This document shows, in pieces, positions 1 to 8,879 of a stretch of DNA of 64,000 bases. Source of the stretch: a virus; the IMG/VR virus record IMGVR_UViG_3300036939_000059, positions 2,802-66,801 of that record. One strand, given 5' to 3'. The translations under genes and the position numbers were made by a program. Each line of letters begins with the position of its first letter. The first letter of the stretch is position 1. The notes beneath the pieces were generated by a model. The model was not told the origin of the DNA and did not search any database. It saw only the letters and a list, made by a program, of their open reading frames with translations.

Positions 1-2
1 TA

Positions 3-320
3 GCTATTTCGTTAATTGCTGGTACAGCTTTGGCTTTAGGGGTTAGTTGGGTGTTGAACCACTCCTCTCAATTTGGACTAAGCATTCCTCCCACCCAAAA
101 ATTAATTCTCAGCGCCTTCCCAGTAGTATTAGCAACAGCTAAATGGAGTGCGGGACAAGTTGCCTTACTTCGGCAAAAGGTAGAAGCAAACTCGTTGCAA
201 CTAACCGAACAAGAAAAAATAAAAGAAACCCTTGCCCGACTAGATAGAGAAGTGCTTTGGAGTAAGATTCAGATAGAGAATCTATACTCTAGACTTGAAG
301 AATTAGAAGATAAGGATTGA
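3..320 (+). CDS. Membrane protein with coiled-coil tail, holin/spanin-like (probably 5'-truncated by the window edge)
   Basis: Frame is open from position 3 (AISLIAGTALALGVSW); two hydrophobic segments then a charged coiled coil; stop overlaps the endolysin start. Confidence 0.4.
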   Translation, partial: AISLIAGTALALGVSWVLNHSSQFGLSIPPTQKLILSAFPVVLATAKWSAGQVALLRQKVEANSLQLTEQEKIKETLARLDREVLWSKIQIENLYSRLEELEDKD

Positions 321-1630
321 TGCCAGATTTTCTTACTATTGCCAGTTTATTAATTAAAGGCTTTGAAAGCTGTGAGCTAGAAGCCTACCCTGACCCAGGA
401 ACAAAGAGAGAGCCAATTACAATTGGCTGGGGTTGCACTCAAAAGTTAGACGGTAGCCCTTGGCATTTAGGTGATCACATTACCCAGGAGGAGGCTGACG
501 CGCTCTTTGACTATCAGTTAAAACAAGTTTATCTCCCAGCTCTGGAACAAATACCAAACTGGAGTAAACTCACCAACAATCAGAAAGCGGCTTTGTTATC
601 TTTTGCCTGGAATAATGGTCCATATTTTTACAATACGGAAGGGTTTGCTACTATTACCAAGCTGCTGAATCAACAACAGTTTGACCCTAGCTATGTCGAT
701 TATACTTTTACGCTGTATCGTAATCCTGGTACAGACATGGAAGACGGGCTTAGGGATAGAAGGATTATTGAAGCACAGCTCTTTTGCAAGCCTGACAACG
801 ACAGCAAGAAAACAACTGCATCATCAAATATGCCTGCTATTTTTAGAACTATCCACCAGACTTTTTTAAAAACAGAACCTCATAGCGCGTCTCTACTTCC
901 TCCCGAAAAGAAAGTGGAGTTACCAGAAAACGTATATTTTAAAGCAACAGATTTCCAGCCTGCCGGGAAACATTACAAACTAGTTTTAGAAGCTCAAACT
1001 ATTGCGTGGGAACGCAACAAGTTAATCAAAAGCGTGTCCCTTCCTGCGGGAGAATGGTATGCATATGGAAGCCCACAGGCGGCAGACCCGCACGTCGAGG
1101 TTTACCTTCCACCTAGCTTGCAGGTTGCCGCGCCTCCCCTCTCTCCTACGGCAATACCAACACCCTTGGCAACATTTAAAATGCGCCTCCCTGCTCATTC
1201 GGATGATGCACTAATTACGGGAACCTTTGACCTCGTGGGCACAAAGAAGCCGCGCCAGTTTACTTGCACCTCCGGGGCACGAGGTTATCAATACAGGGGA
1301 AGTACCCACATCAAGGGCAAAGCCCCTTTACCAAGCTGCCAAGAGTTGGGAATTGAGAATTATTGGATACTCACCGAACAGTTAGAGCGTTTTCAAACCA
1401 AAGGAATTGAGGGATACGCTTTTTGGATACAGCCTGACCCAGTTGAAATTCGGGGAGTGATGAGGGGCGAATTCATGGTTCATAACGACACCAATCGCTC
1501 GATCGCTCCTGGCAGTAGTGGTTGCATCGTTTTCCTGTTCGATAATGGTTGGAATATCTGGCGCGACTGCATGGCAGAATTTAGAGCAGCAGGGATTGCT
1601 AAAATCCCTTTAAAAGTCATCTATAGCTAA
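317..1630 (+). CDS. Modular endolysin: N-terminal GH24 phage lysozyme plus C-terminal Tlde1/DUF2778-like (L,D-transpeptidase-fold) domain
   Basis: GH24 signature IKGFESCELEAYPDPG..ITIGWG and GLRDRRIIEAQLF; C-terminal HNDTNRSIAPGSSGCI (H...S.GC) motif. Confidence 0.8.
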   Translation: MMPDFLTIASLLIKGFESCELEAYPDPGTKREPITIGWGCTQKLDGSPWHLGDHITQEEADALFDYQLKQVYLPALEQIPNWSKLTNNQKAALLSFAWNNGPYFYNTEGFATITKLLNQQQFDPSYVDYTFTLYRNPGTDMEDGLRDRRIIEAQLFCKPDNDSKKTTASSNMPAIFRTIHQTFLKTEPHSASLLPPEKKVELPENVYFKATDFQPAGKHYKLVLEAQTIAWERNKLIKSVSLPAGEWYAYGSPQAADPHVEVYLPPSLQVAAPPLSPTAIPTPLATFKMRLPAHSDDALITGTFDLVGTKKPRQFTCTSGARGYQYRGSTHIKGKAPLPSCQELGIENYWILTEQLERFQTKGIEGYAFWIQPDPVEIRGVMRGEFMVHNDTNRSIAPGSSGCIVFLFDNGWNIWRDCMAEFRAAGIAKIPLKVIYS

Positions 1631-2073
1631 GGCTCATCGTCGAAAGCTGCATCCCAATAGCGCACACTTCTAGGACTTATACTCTCAGTGGGATACTCTA
1701 TTGAGTGCGCAGGACGTGGCAGCGGGGAAGGCGGGGCTGAGTTCGGATTGTACTTGTAAAAGTCAGCCTGGTCTTGAATATTAGCTTGCTCTTCTAAGTC
1801 GGTGGTTGTGGGATGTAGGGTAGCTGGCTTGTTGGTAAAGACAGACTTTATTCCAAGTGCGATCGCACCTACCCCACCCAAGACGCTACTTGCTGCCGTA
1901 AGGGGAATCTTATCTATTCCCATAACCTTATCTCCTGGTACAGAAGCCAAGACGGAAGCCAGCGTACTAGCAAGCCCAAGGCACACTGCCGCCGTCACCC
2001 CTGTCCAGGTTGTTATCTTATCAATGTCGTGGGCATTATATTCAGGCATAAATCTCTCGCTCTGCTGTACCAA
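1627..2073 (-). CDS. Hypothetical membrane protein (two hydrophobic helices)
   Basis: 148-aa ORF, convergent with the endolysin, two TM-like stretches. Confidence 0.5.
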   Translation of the reverse strand: MVQQSERFMPEYNAHDIDKITTWTGVTAAVCLGLASTLASVLASVPGDKVMGIDKIPLTAASSVLGGVGAIALGIKSVFTNKPATLHPTTTDLEEQANIQDQADFYKYNPNSAPPSPLPRPAHSIEYPTESISPRSVRYWDAAFDDEP

Positions 2074-2086
2074 GCTTCCTATAAAA

Positions 2087-2120
2087 TAACCCAGACCTAC
2101 TCAACAATTAAGGTCTGGGT
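2087..2120. terminator. Hairpin, probable intrinsic terminator
   Basis: AACCCAGACCT...AGGTCTGGGTT inverted repeat just 3' of the Rad52-like gene. Confidence 0.55.
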
Positions 2121-2162
2121 TAAAGCCCGAAATTCTTAACAGCTCAATCGCCGAACTTATTC

Positions 2163-3056
2163 CTACACTGGCGCTGCCATCACCGATTCAATCCAAGCGA
2201 TCGCCGCATCTCCAACGCTTACCCCACTAGCCCTTAGGACCTGCACTTTCCCTTGGTAGCTGGCGCGGGCGTTCTCTTCGGTTGGGAAATGGGATTTAGC
2301 CCAGCCAACCGCTAAGTTTTCCACCAACCGAACAAATAGATCTGGCGGCAAGTCAGACGGCGCTTCACACTCATAATGCTTGCACCAATCAGCGATCGCT
2401 TTTGGGTTGTGCCCCGTTTTCTCCCGAATTTTCTTGATAGCCGCATTTTGTTGGGGGTAAAGAGAAGGGTGCGAGACTGGGGCTACAACCTTAAGTTGAG
2501 GCGAACCACCGCTCAGGGCTTCCAACAAGTCACCGTTCTCGCTCTTTGGTCTGGGTCGAGCTTTTTTAGCTGGCTCACCCTTTTCATCCTGCACCCAGCC
2601 ATTGTTGTAAGCCGCTTGGTAAGCTCGCCCATCGCCCTTCCCCCGCATATACTTGACAAAGCTGTCGCGGCTCTTTTTCTGGTCATCTAGATACGCCCCA
2701 ATCCCAAACTGTTCAGCCGCATCCCGGAAGGCATGACGCGCCGCATTGACGACGGGAGAGCCAATAATCTTCTCCTTGCCGTCGTCATTCAATTCTGGGA
2801 AAACTTTGCTGTCAGCAATCCCTTCTCTCGTCACTCCACAAATCGTCAAGCGGCAAATCATTACCGTTTCATTGCCACTCAAAAACGGTCCCTTCAGTTC
2901 GTCACTCCAATCGCTAGGACAAATTTCATTAAGGCGATCACGGATAGCTTGATGGGGCAAATAGAACCATTTACTTCCACCGGGAAGCTTGCGTTCTTTG
3001 TGAGCTTCAGGGGGGAACCAAGCGGCAAGTTGACGCAGGATGTCGTCTAAATTCAT
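2163..3056 (-). CDS. Rad52/Rad22-family single-strand annealing protein (Sak-like)
   Basis: FYLPHQAIRDRLNEICPSDWS, CRLTICGVTREG, AFRDAAEQFGIGAYL match the Rad52_Rad22 pattern. Confidence 0.85.
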   Translation of the reverse strand: MNLDDILRQLAAWFPPEAHKERKLPGGSKWFYLPHQAIRDRLNEICPSDWSDELKGPFLSGNETVMICRLTICGVTREGIADSKVFPELNDDGKEKIIGSPVVNAARHAFRDAAEQFGIGAYLDDQKKSRDSFVKYMRGKGDGRAYQAAYNNGWVQDEKGEPAKKARPRPKSENGDLLEALSGGSPQLKVVAPVSHPSLYPQQNAAIKKIREKTGHNPKAIADWCKHYECEAPSDLPPDLFVRLVENLAVGWAKSHFPTEENARASYQGKVQVLRASGVSVGDAAIAWIESVMAAPV

Positions 3057-3247
3057 TGTTCGTTTTCTCCTTAAAAGTTAAGACAGGCACTTTACGCCTG
3101 CCGGATTGATTGACCTTAGTTAATTAATTGAATTGTCAATATTTTAAGGCCTTATTGATTGCGCCATAACCGCGATACGTCGCGGTTATCTATCACATGA
3201 ATTGGCAAGATTAGTAATAGTATGAACGTGTAGATAAACACCCTGAC

Positions 3248-3284
3248 AAAAGGTTCAGCAATAGAGAGTAGCTGAACCTTTTTT
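3248..3284. terminator. Bidirectional intrinsic terminator
   Basis: AAAAGGTTCAGC-N11-GCTGAACCTTTT with A/T tails. Confidence 0.7.
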
Positions 3285-3289
3285 ATTAC

Positions 3290-3424
3290 CTATTTGTCTT
3301 TTTCAGTTTCTAATTCCGCTTGAGCGTCAGCAATATTGTCAGCCAGCTCAATTGCTCCTTCAAAATCACCATTCTCAATCGCTTCAATTACGATTTCCTT
3401 GAGTTCTTCGATGTCAATAGTCAT
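3290..3424 (-). CDS. Small acidic protein, 44 aa (not in ORF track)
   Basis: Hand-translated MTIDIEELKEIVIEAIENGDFEGAIELADNIADAQAELETEKDK*; GGAG upstream, terminator downstream. Confidence 0.55.
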   Translation of the reverse strand: MTIDIEELKEIVIEAIENGDFEGAIELADNIADAQAELETEKDK

Positions 3425-3537
3425 GATAGGAATGCTCCATGTAGTTGTGGGGTGAGAGCGATCGCTTGTTTCTTGGTGGGAGGAGCGATCGCTTTGCGCT
3501 ACCCGTTGGGGTAATCGCTTAATAATGTCGCTGTGGT

Positions 3538-4194
3538 CTAGTGCAAGAGGCTTGAGCGAATCTCTTTAGCATTCTGGTAACACTGCCGAATCGCTAAGAT
3601 TTCGCGAGTATCAGCATTAACCACCAAGAACTTATCTAGCCCCAAAGGCACGTAATCGCAGTGGTTAAGGTTCCAGATTTGGATGCTGGTCGTTTCGTAG
3701 TAGACCTTCTTAGGCTGAACGTCTGGCGCTTTTAGGCTTTGCACCTCTGGTTCAGGTAAGTCAATCGTTGCGGCAATCACAGCCTGTTGAGCCGGATTAG
3801 GTGAACAATGCCACGATTTTGCTCCGTCGATGGGGCGTGCTAGCCAACCCGCTGAGGTTCGGTGCATGGTTCCCAGCAGGGCTGAACCAGACCAAATCCG
3901 GTACGAGTCGAACTTGATGGAATCGATTTCAATTCCAAGCGGGGTAGCGGCGACAACCTGGGAGAACTGCTCTTGCTCAGTGGCGCGGGAATCAGCCTTT
4001 TCAAGTCCCGCTTCAATCTGCATCACGTAGTCGGCATCAGCGGTATCTGCTTGAGCTAAGGCGCTCTCGCAATCGGTTGTTGTTTCCCAGTGACCGCGTA
4101 CCACTTGGCTGTGCTGGTTGTGTTCGGCGGAGCAGACGTAGCGATCGCCGTCTAGATGGCGGGCGAAAGGGCAGGTAGCGCAGGTTTGTGTCAT
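3538..4194 (-). CDS. Hypothetical protein with N-terminal Cys/His motif
   Basis: MTQTCATCPF..RYVC..H..C; start moved to the internal ATG. Confidence 0.6.
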   Translation of the reverse strand: MTQTCATCPFARHLDGDRYVCSAEHNQHSQVVRGHWETTTDCESALAQADTADADYVMQIEAGLEKADSRATEQEQFSQVVAATPLGIEIDSIKFDSYRIWSGSALLGTMHRTSAGWLARPIDGAKSWHCSPNPAQQAVIAATIDLPEPEVQSLKAPDVQPKKVYYETTSIQIWNLNHCDYVPLGLDKFLVVNADTREILAIRQCYQNAKEIRSSLLH

Positions 4195-4371
4195 GATCGG
4201 AGTTCTACTCAGTTGTTTTTTCTGGGTTCCCCGTTCTCTGTCGCAGTGCATTCGGTCAGAGGGCGGGTTTTTGTTTTGGGCAAGACAGTTGCTTCCCTAT
4301 AGTTATATTGAAAATCAATTTGCTTTAATTGTCAATTGATTTTTAAAAAATGATTTGCTATTGTTGGGGCA

Positions 4372-4647
4372 TTGAGTTCAATGACAGACATGGAAGGATT
4401 GCTGGCTCAGGCTGGCGTAACGAGAGAAGACTTAGCTTTGCAACTGGACGTTAGTGGCACAACGATAAGAAATTGGATTGGGGGAAGAACCGCCCCCACG
4501 CTGAACCCAGAGCAATACGAAACACTGCTAAAACTGTTAGGAGCAACACCAGCAGAATTAACAGCCGCATGGAAAGAATCAACGGCAAATAGAGTCAAAC
4601 GCAAGCCGGGGAGGAAAAAGCGTAATGACAAAAAATCAAAGGAGTAA
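4372..4647 (+). CDS. XRE-family HTH regulator (Cro-like)
   Basis: TREDLALQLDVSGTTIRNWIGGRTAP; divergent promoter region has the inverted repeat AAAATCAATT-N13-AATTGATTTT (4311-4343). Confidence 0.85.
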   Translation: MSSMTDMEGLLAQAGVTREDLALQLDVSGTTIRNWIGGRTAPTLNPEQYETLLKLLGATPAELTAAWKESTANRVKRKPGRKKRNDKKSKE

Positions 4648-4650
4648 CAG

Positions 4651-5487
4651 TTGATGAACGACATCACTCGTCCTGCGTTGCGGTATCCTGGCGGCAAATT
4701 CCGCGATGGTTACTGGATTATCAGCAACTTCCCTCGGCACCTAACCTACTGCGAACCCTTTGGAGGGGGCGGCTCAGTGCTACTACTCAAACAACCCTCG
4801 ACCTACGAGTTCTACAACGACCTCGACGGGGAAGTGGTGAATTTCTTCAAGATGCTGCGCGACAAGGGCAGCGAACTAATTGAGAAAATTCAGCTCACGC
4901 CATACAGCCGGGTGGAGCAAGAATTAGCTCGTTTCCCTGATGGAGACGAACTAGAGCGTGCTAGAAGGTTTTACACGCGCAGTTGGCAAACTATGAACGG
5001 TGCTGAGCATCGTTACGATTCTGGCTGGCGCAATCTCTACAGACGTAGTCGCGGCTCTAACGTAGTTCGCGAATGGAACAACGTCGAACACTTACACGCG
5101 ATCGCATGGCGATTGAAGCAGGTTCAGATCGAAAACCGTCCAGCGTTGGATTTGGTTAAGCGCATTGATACAGAGGAGACGCTGTTTTACTTCGATCCGC
5201 CCTATGTAAAAAGTACAAGGGCAAAAAATCATCGGGATATGTACAAGTTTGAATTAAACGATGCTGACCATCGGCAAATAGCAGAGGTGGTTCACTCACT
5301 ATCTGGGATGAGCATTATTTCTGGATATGACTGCGAACTGTATCAAGAACTCTACAAGGACTTCTATCTGGTAAAAAAGAAGACCACTAAAAACCACGGT
5401 AAGACTGCTGTGGAATGCCTTTGGCTTTCTCCAAATGTTGCAGCAAGGCAGCAGCAGTTAAGTCTGTTTGAGGTGCAATATGGTTAG
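4651..5487 (+). CDS. dam: DNA adenine methyltransferase, Dam/D12 class
   Basis: LRYPGGK, YCEPFGGGGSV, YNDLDGEVVNFF and catalytic FDPPY motifs. Confidence 0.92.
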   Translation: MMNDITRPALRYPGGKFRDGYWIISNFPRHLTYCEPFGGGGSVLLLKQPSTYEFYNDLDGEVVNFFKMLRDKGSELIEKIQLTPYSRVEQELARFPDGDELERARRFYTRSWQTMNGAEHRYDSGWRNLYRRSRGSNVVREWNNVEHLHAIAWRLKQVQIENRPALDLVKRIDTEETLFYFDPPYVKSTRAKNHRDMYKFELNDADHRQIAEVVHSLSGMSIISGYDCELYQELYKDFYLVKKKTTKNHGKTAVECLWLSPNVAARQQQLSLFEVQYG

Positions 5488-5884
5488 CAGTTTTCTTGGA
5501 AGCCAATGCAGACGACAAGGAGAGCGATCGCACATGACTGAAGTTGATTCAGCGGAAATTGACGAAAGGGAATGGCTTCAAGCCGCCGCAAACAACCCAG
5601 TTTTTGAATTTCTCAACAACGCCGAGGAAGACATTTATACATTAGAGAACGGCAAACTTATGAACCAAGAGCCAATACCCACACAGCCAACGACCGAAGA
5701 GCTAAACCAAGCTACTGACCATATCTACCGATGGCTGCAAGATGAAACAGATTATTCAGGGCAAATACTATTTGACTTGCCAAGTTCGGTATACGCCATG
5801 TTGCTGGATTTGACACCAGAAGAAATATTGGCAGCTTTTCGGAATCTGGCAGGTATGAAGCAAGAGGAGAGAGATCGCACATGA
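5468..5884 (+). CDS. Hypothetical protein (start may be 5534)
   Basis: Acidic ORF coupled to neighbours by overlapping stop/start codons. Confidence 0.5.
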   Translation: MRCNMVSSFLGSQCRRQGERSHMTEVDSAEIDEREWLQAAANNPVFEFLNNAEEDIYTLENGKLMNQEPIPTQPTTEELNQATDHIYRWLQDETDYSGQILFDLPSSVYAMLLDLTPEEILAAFRNLAGMKQEERDRT

Positions 5885-6498
5885 TCCAACAACTAGAGCT
5901 ATTCCCCCAATCTCAACCCGCAGAACCTCCAGTTAAGTACTATCCCGACTTTCTGTCTAAGTCATCCGCCGACCTGCTACTTGACCATTGCAAAAGCCTA
6001 AACTGGCAGCACAACAAAATCAGGATGCTCGGCAAATGGATCGATCTCCCTCGGCTAGAGGTAATGCACGGCGACTCCGACGACTATCGCTACCTCTACT
6101 CCGGCTCAGTGGAGCTAAAAGCCAACCCTTGGACTCCCTTGCTTCACTTCACTCGCCACCGAGTAGAGCAAGTCACAAACTTCCGCTACCAACTCGTCAT
6201 CGGCAACTACTACCGCTCTGGCTCAGACCACATCGGCTGGCATTCTGACAGTGAGCCAAGCATGGGGAAGCTCCCCGCAATCGCGTCCATCTCCCTTGGC
6301 GAGACGCGGCGGTTTCAACTCAAGCCAAAGAAGGTGGATCTTGACCCCGTAACCTACGAGCTGGTCCACGGGAGCCTGATTTTGATGCTGCCAGGGTGCC
6401 AGGAAAACTGGGTGCATCGGCTGTGCAAAACAGCCAAACCCGTTGGAGAAAGGATTAATCTAACGTTTCGCCCTTATGTGGAGTCAACGCACCAATGA
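5881..6498 (+). CDS. alkB: AlkB-family 2OG-Fe(II) dioxygenase (ALKBH2/3-like)
   Basis: NYYRSGSDHIGWHSD (HxD), IASISLG, WVHRL, RINLTFR. Confidence 0.92.
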   Translation: MIQQLELFPQSQPAEPPVKYYPDFLSKSSADLLLDHCKSLNWQHNKIRMLGKWIDLPRLEVMHGDSDDYRYLYSGSVELKANPWTPLLHFTRHRVEQVTNFRYQLVIGNYYRSGSDHIGWHSDSEPSMGKLPAIASISLGETRRFQLKPKKVDLDPVTYELVHGSLILMLPGCQENWVHRLCKTAKPVGERINLTFRPYVESTHQ

Positions 6499-6917
6499 TT
6501 GAACTAAACCTTACTACCAAAGAAGCTATCAGGGTTGAGAACGAACTTGACTTGTTATCAACCCTTCTCAATCCCAAAACTTCCAGCGAAACGAAGTTGA
6601 AACTTTTGGATAGAGAACTATCGCCAGAGGTAAAAAACGTTCACGAAAAACTCAAGGCGGAACTTGACAATTTAGCTCAGGCACAACGGATGCTGTTGCA
6701 GCAACCTGAACCACGCACCGATTTAACTTCAGGCGAATTAATCGCATTGACTCGCCAACAAAATGTGACTACGACTGAGTTTCTCGGAGTGCCTAAACTG
6801 CCACGAGAAGAAGCGATCACTGCCTACAAAGCGGGTGAAATTACGGAAGGGCGACTCATGGAGTGCTTGGGCGTAGACCGACTGGAAGCAAGGCGAATTG
6901 TGCAGGAGGAAACGTGA
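6495..6917 (+). CDS. Hypothetical protein, C-terminal UPF0175-like HTH
   Basis: EAITAYKAGEITEGRLMECLGVDRLEA. Confidence 0.5.
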   Translation: MIELNLTTKEAIRVENELDLLSTLLNPKTSSETKLKLLDRELSPEVKNVHEKLKAELDNLAQAQRMLLQQPEPRTDLTSGELIALTRQQNVTTTEFLGVPKLPREEAITAYKAGEITEGRLMECLGVDRLEARRIVQEET

Positions 6918-7018
6918 CTCCACTTTAAGCCCACCACATAACCATACGAAAAGAGATCGCACTTTCTGGCAGGCGATCGCTTTTCCATTTAGATAACCGC
7001 GACGCATCGCGGTTATCT

Positions 7019-7321
7019 TCACTCGCCTCCCAACCGTTTCCAATCCTCCAGCGTCAGCCCACCTTGATCCAACAAAGTTTTTAATTGAGCTAGCGTAAGC
7101 TTCACATTGCAACTGCCAAACGCCTCAACTAGCTCGGTAAAGCTGCACTCATAGCCGCGCATCATCGCTTCAACTTCCTCTGCTGAATCGAAACGAGGAA
7201 GCTTAAAACCGCGCTCCCAACTGGAAATCGTCGTAACCGTTCGATTTAAGTCGTCAGCGAGTTTCTTTTGAGTTTTACCGACTCTCTCTCTTAGGGACAC
7301 AACAGTCACTGCGTCTAGCAT
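7019..7321 (-). CDS. XRE-family HTH regulator, paralog 1
   Basis: LRERVGKTQKKLADDLNRTVTTISSWERG. Confidence 0.85.
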   Translation of the reverse strand: MLDAVTVVSLRERVGKTQKKLADDLNRTVTTISSWERGFKLPRFDSAEEVEAMMRGYECSFTELVEAFGSCNVKLTLAQLKTLLDQGGLTLEDWKRLGGE

Positions 7322-7330
7322 ATCTCTCCC

Positions 7331-7648
7331 TTATTCGCCGCTCAACCGCTTCAAGTCTTCCAGCGTCAGCCCAGTTCGATCCAATAATCTTCCTACTTCC
7401 GGAATGGAAAGCTTGAGATGCGCGTGTGAGAAAGCTTCTAAAAATTCCGGGAAAGTGCATTCGTAGGCTCTCAGCACGTCTTCGATTTCAGTAGCCGACG
7501 TGAACACAGGAGACTTCTCCTTTGCGTCCCAGCTATATATTGTCCTCATTGCTTTTTTTAGTTCAATAGCTATCTGCTGCTGGGTCTTTCCGGCGCGTTC
7601 TCTTAAATACACGATGGTTATTGGGTTGTTTTTTTCTCCAGATCTCAT
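7331..7648 (-). CDS. XRE-family HTH regulator, paralog 2
   Basis: LRERAGKTQQQIAIELKKAMRTIYSWD; C-terminus GLTLEDLKRLSGE nearly identical to paralog 1. Confidence 0.85.
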   Translation of the reverse strand: MRSGEKNNPITIVYLRERAGKTQQQIAIELKKAMRTIYSWDAKEKSPVFTSATEIEDVLRAYECTFPEFLEAFSHAHLKLSIPEVGRLLDRTGLTLEDLKRLSGE

Positions 7649-7663
7649 AGAATATTAACAGGT

Positions 7664-7695
7664 TTTGCACTTAGGTGCGAGTACCTAAGTGCAAA
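7664..7695. promoter_or_regulatory. Palindromic operator candidate in the divergent switch region
   Basis: TTTGCACTTAGGT-GCGAGT-ACCTAAGTGCAAA, perfect 13-bp arms just upstream of the repressor pair. Confidence 0.6.
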
Positions 7696-8068
7696 GTGAC
7701 TGGGTAAAGGACATCAGGGCAGGCTTATGGATTTGGCGTCTCTAGGCTTGCCCACCCTCCAATATTCCAGATCGAGGTAGCACCTCCGGTAGGGGTGTAA
7801 TACACCTCAACAAATCAGGAAATCTTGACTTACGTAATTCCTTAGTGTTTTCTCAGTGTTTTCTCGGATGAACTCAGGAAAGAATTATGCGAAAAACAAC
7901 AGATAGCGCCATAAGTTACACCAGCAACACAAGCAGGCTATCCCCTTGGGAGTCCGTAGTTAAGAGTCGTGGGAGTTAGTTGTTAGTTGAAAGACTGCTA
8001 GCTCAAAAAAAAGCGATCGCAGTTGAGTTCTTTCCTAGAGAACAGCGATCGCATTACCAAAAAAAAGT

Positions 8069-8398
8069 ATGACTCCATTAAACCACGCGAACTCTTCCGA
8101 GGGGATTTCTGCTGACATCCCCGCAGCCTTACAGGAATATCAGCTTCAGCTCAAGGAGAAGGACCAGATCATTGGTCAACTCCAACTCGAAAATCTTGCT
8201 CTCAAAGGCTCCTTAAGGGAAGGTTGCCAACTACTACAGTCGCTCGTTCACCTTTTACAGCTTGCCCGCATATCGGTTCCCCAATCCGTAGCGCTGTATT
8301 TAGGGCATCCCATCTCCCGACCCCCAATGCGGGTTTCAGCTTCCCTTCCCGTCAGTCAGATGGAAGCGGCTTACCAAGGGCAAGGGAGGCGCGAATAG
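8069..8398 (+). CDS. Hypothetical coiled-coil protein, first gene of the rightward early operon
   Basis: 109-aa ORF with heptad pattern. Confidence 0.5.
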   Translation: MTPLNHANSSEGISADIPAALQEYQLQLKEKDQIIGQLQLENLALKGSLREGCQLLQSLVHLLQLARISVPQSVALYLGHPISRPPMRVSASLPVSQMEAAYQGQGRRE

Positions 8399-8634
8399 TG
8401 TTTTACAGCAATCCACGACCACGACTCACGACCGACGATCTTCTTCGCAAAGAAAGAGCTGTTTCTACCCTGCTTCGGGATGGCGTCGCACTGACCACCG
8501 AAGAATTAATGGGCGAACTCAATCTATCCAAGCCTGATTTGCTCGGAGTCTTAACCCGACTAGAAATCAAAGGAACTGTTCAAAGAACCTGTCGCCGCTG
8601 GCACCGTACCGACGGGAGGAGGGGAGCGTCATGA
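8398..8634 (+). CDS. Small winged-HTH protein
   Basis: GTG start overlaps the previous stop; LTTEELMGELNLSKPDLLGVLTRLEIKGTV. Confidence 0.65.
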   Translation: MFYSNPRPRLTTDDLLRKERAVSTLLRDGVALTTEELMGELNLSKPDLLGVLTRLEIKGTVQRTCRRWHRTDGRRGAS

Positions 8635-8879
8635 CCCAGCCCCTCACTCAACCCTCTGCCTTTGACCTAACCACCGAAATGGCAGGGAAGCATTACTTTT
8701 GCGATTTGTTCACAAAAGTCGGAACCGTCCGCTTTGTCCGCGTTCAAGCCTACCCTCCGCATTACACCCCTCGTGCCTTTGCCAACGTCGTTTGGTGGTG
8801 GGGCGACCAAGTGGGCGTGAATATCCCGGTAGAAGAACTAGAAGAAATAGAAACCTTTAGCTGCGTTATCAACAAATGA
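8631..8879 (+). CDS. Hypothetical protein
   Basis: ATGA-coupled in the operon. Confidence 0.55.
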   Translation: MTQPLTQPSAFDLTTEMAGKHYFCDLFTKVGTVRFVRVQAYPPHYTPRAFANVVWWWGDQVGVNIPVEELEEIETFSCVINK

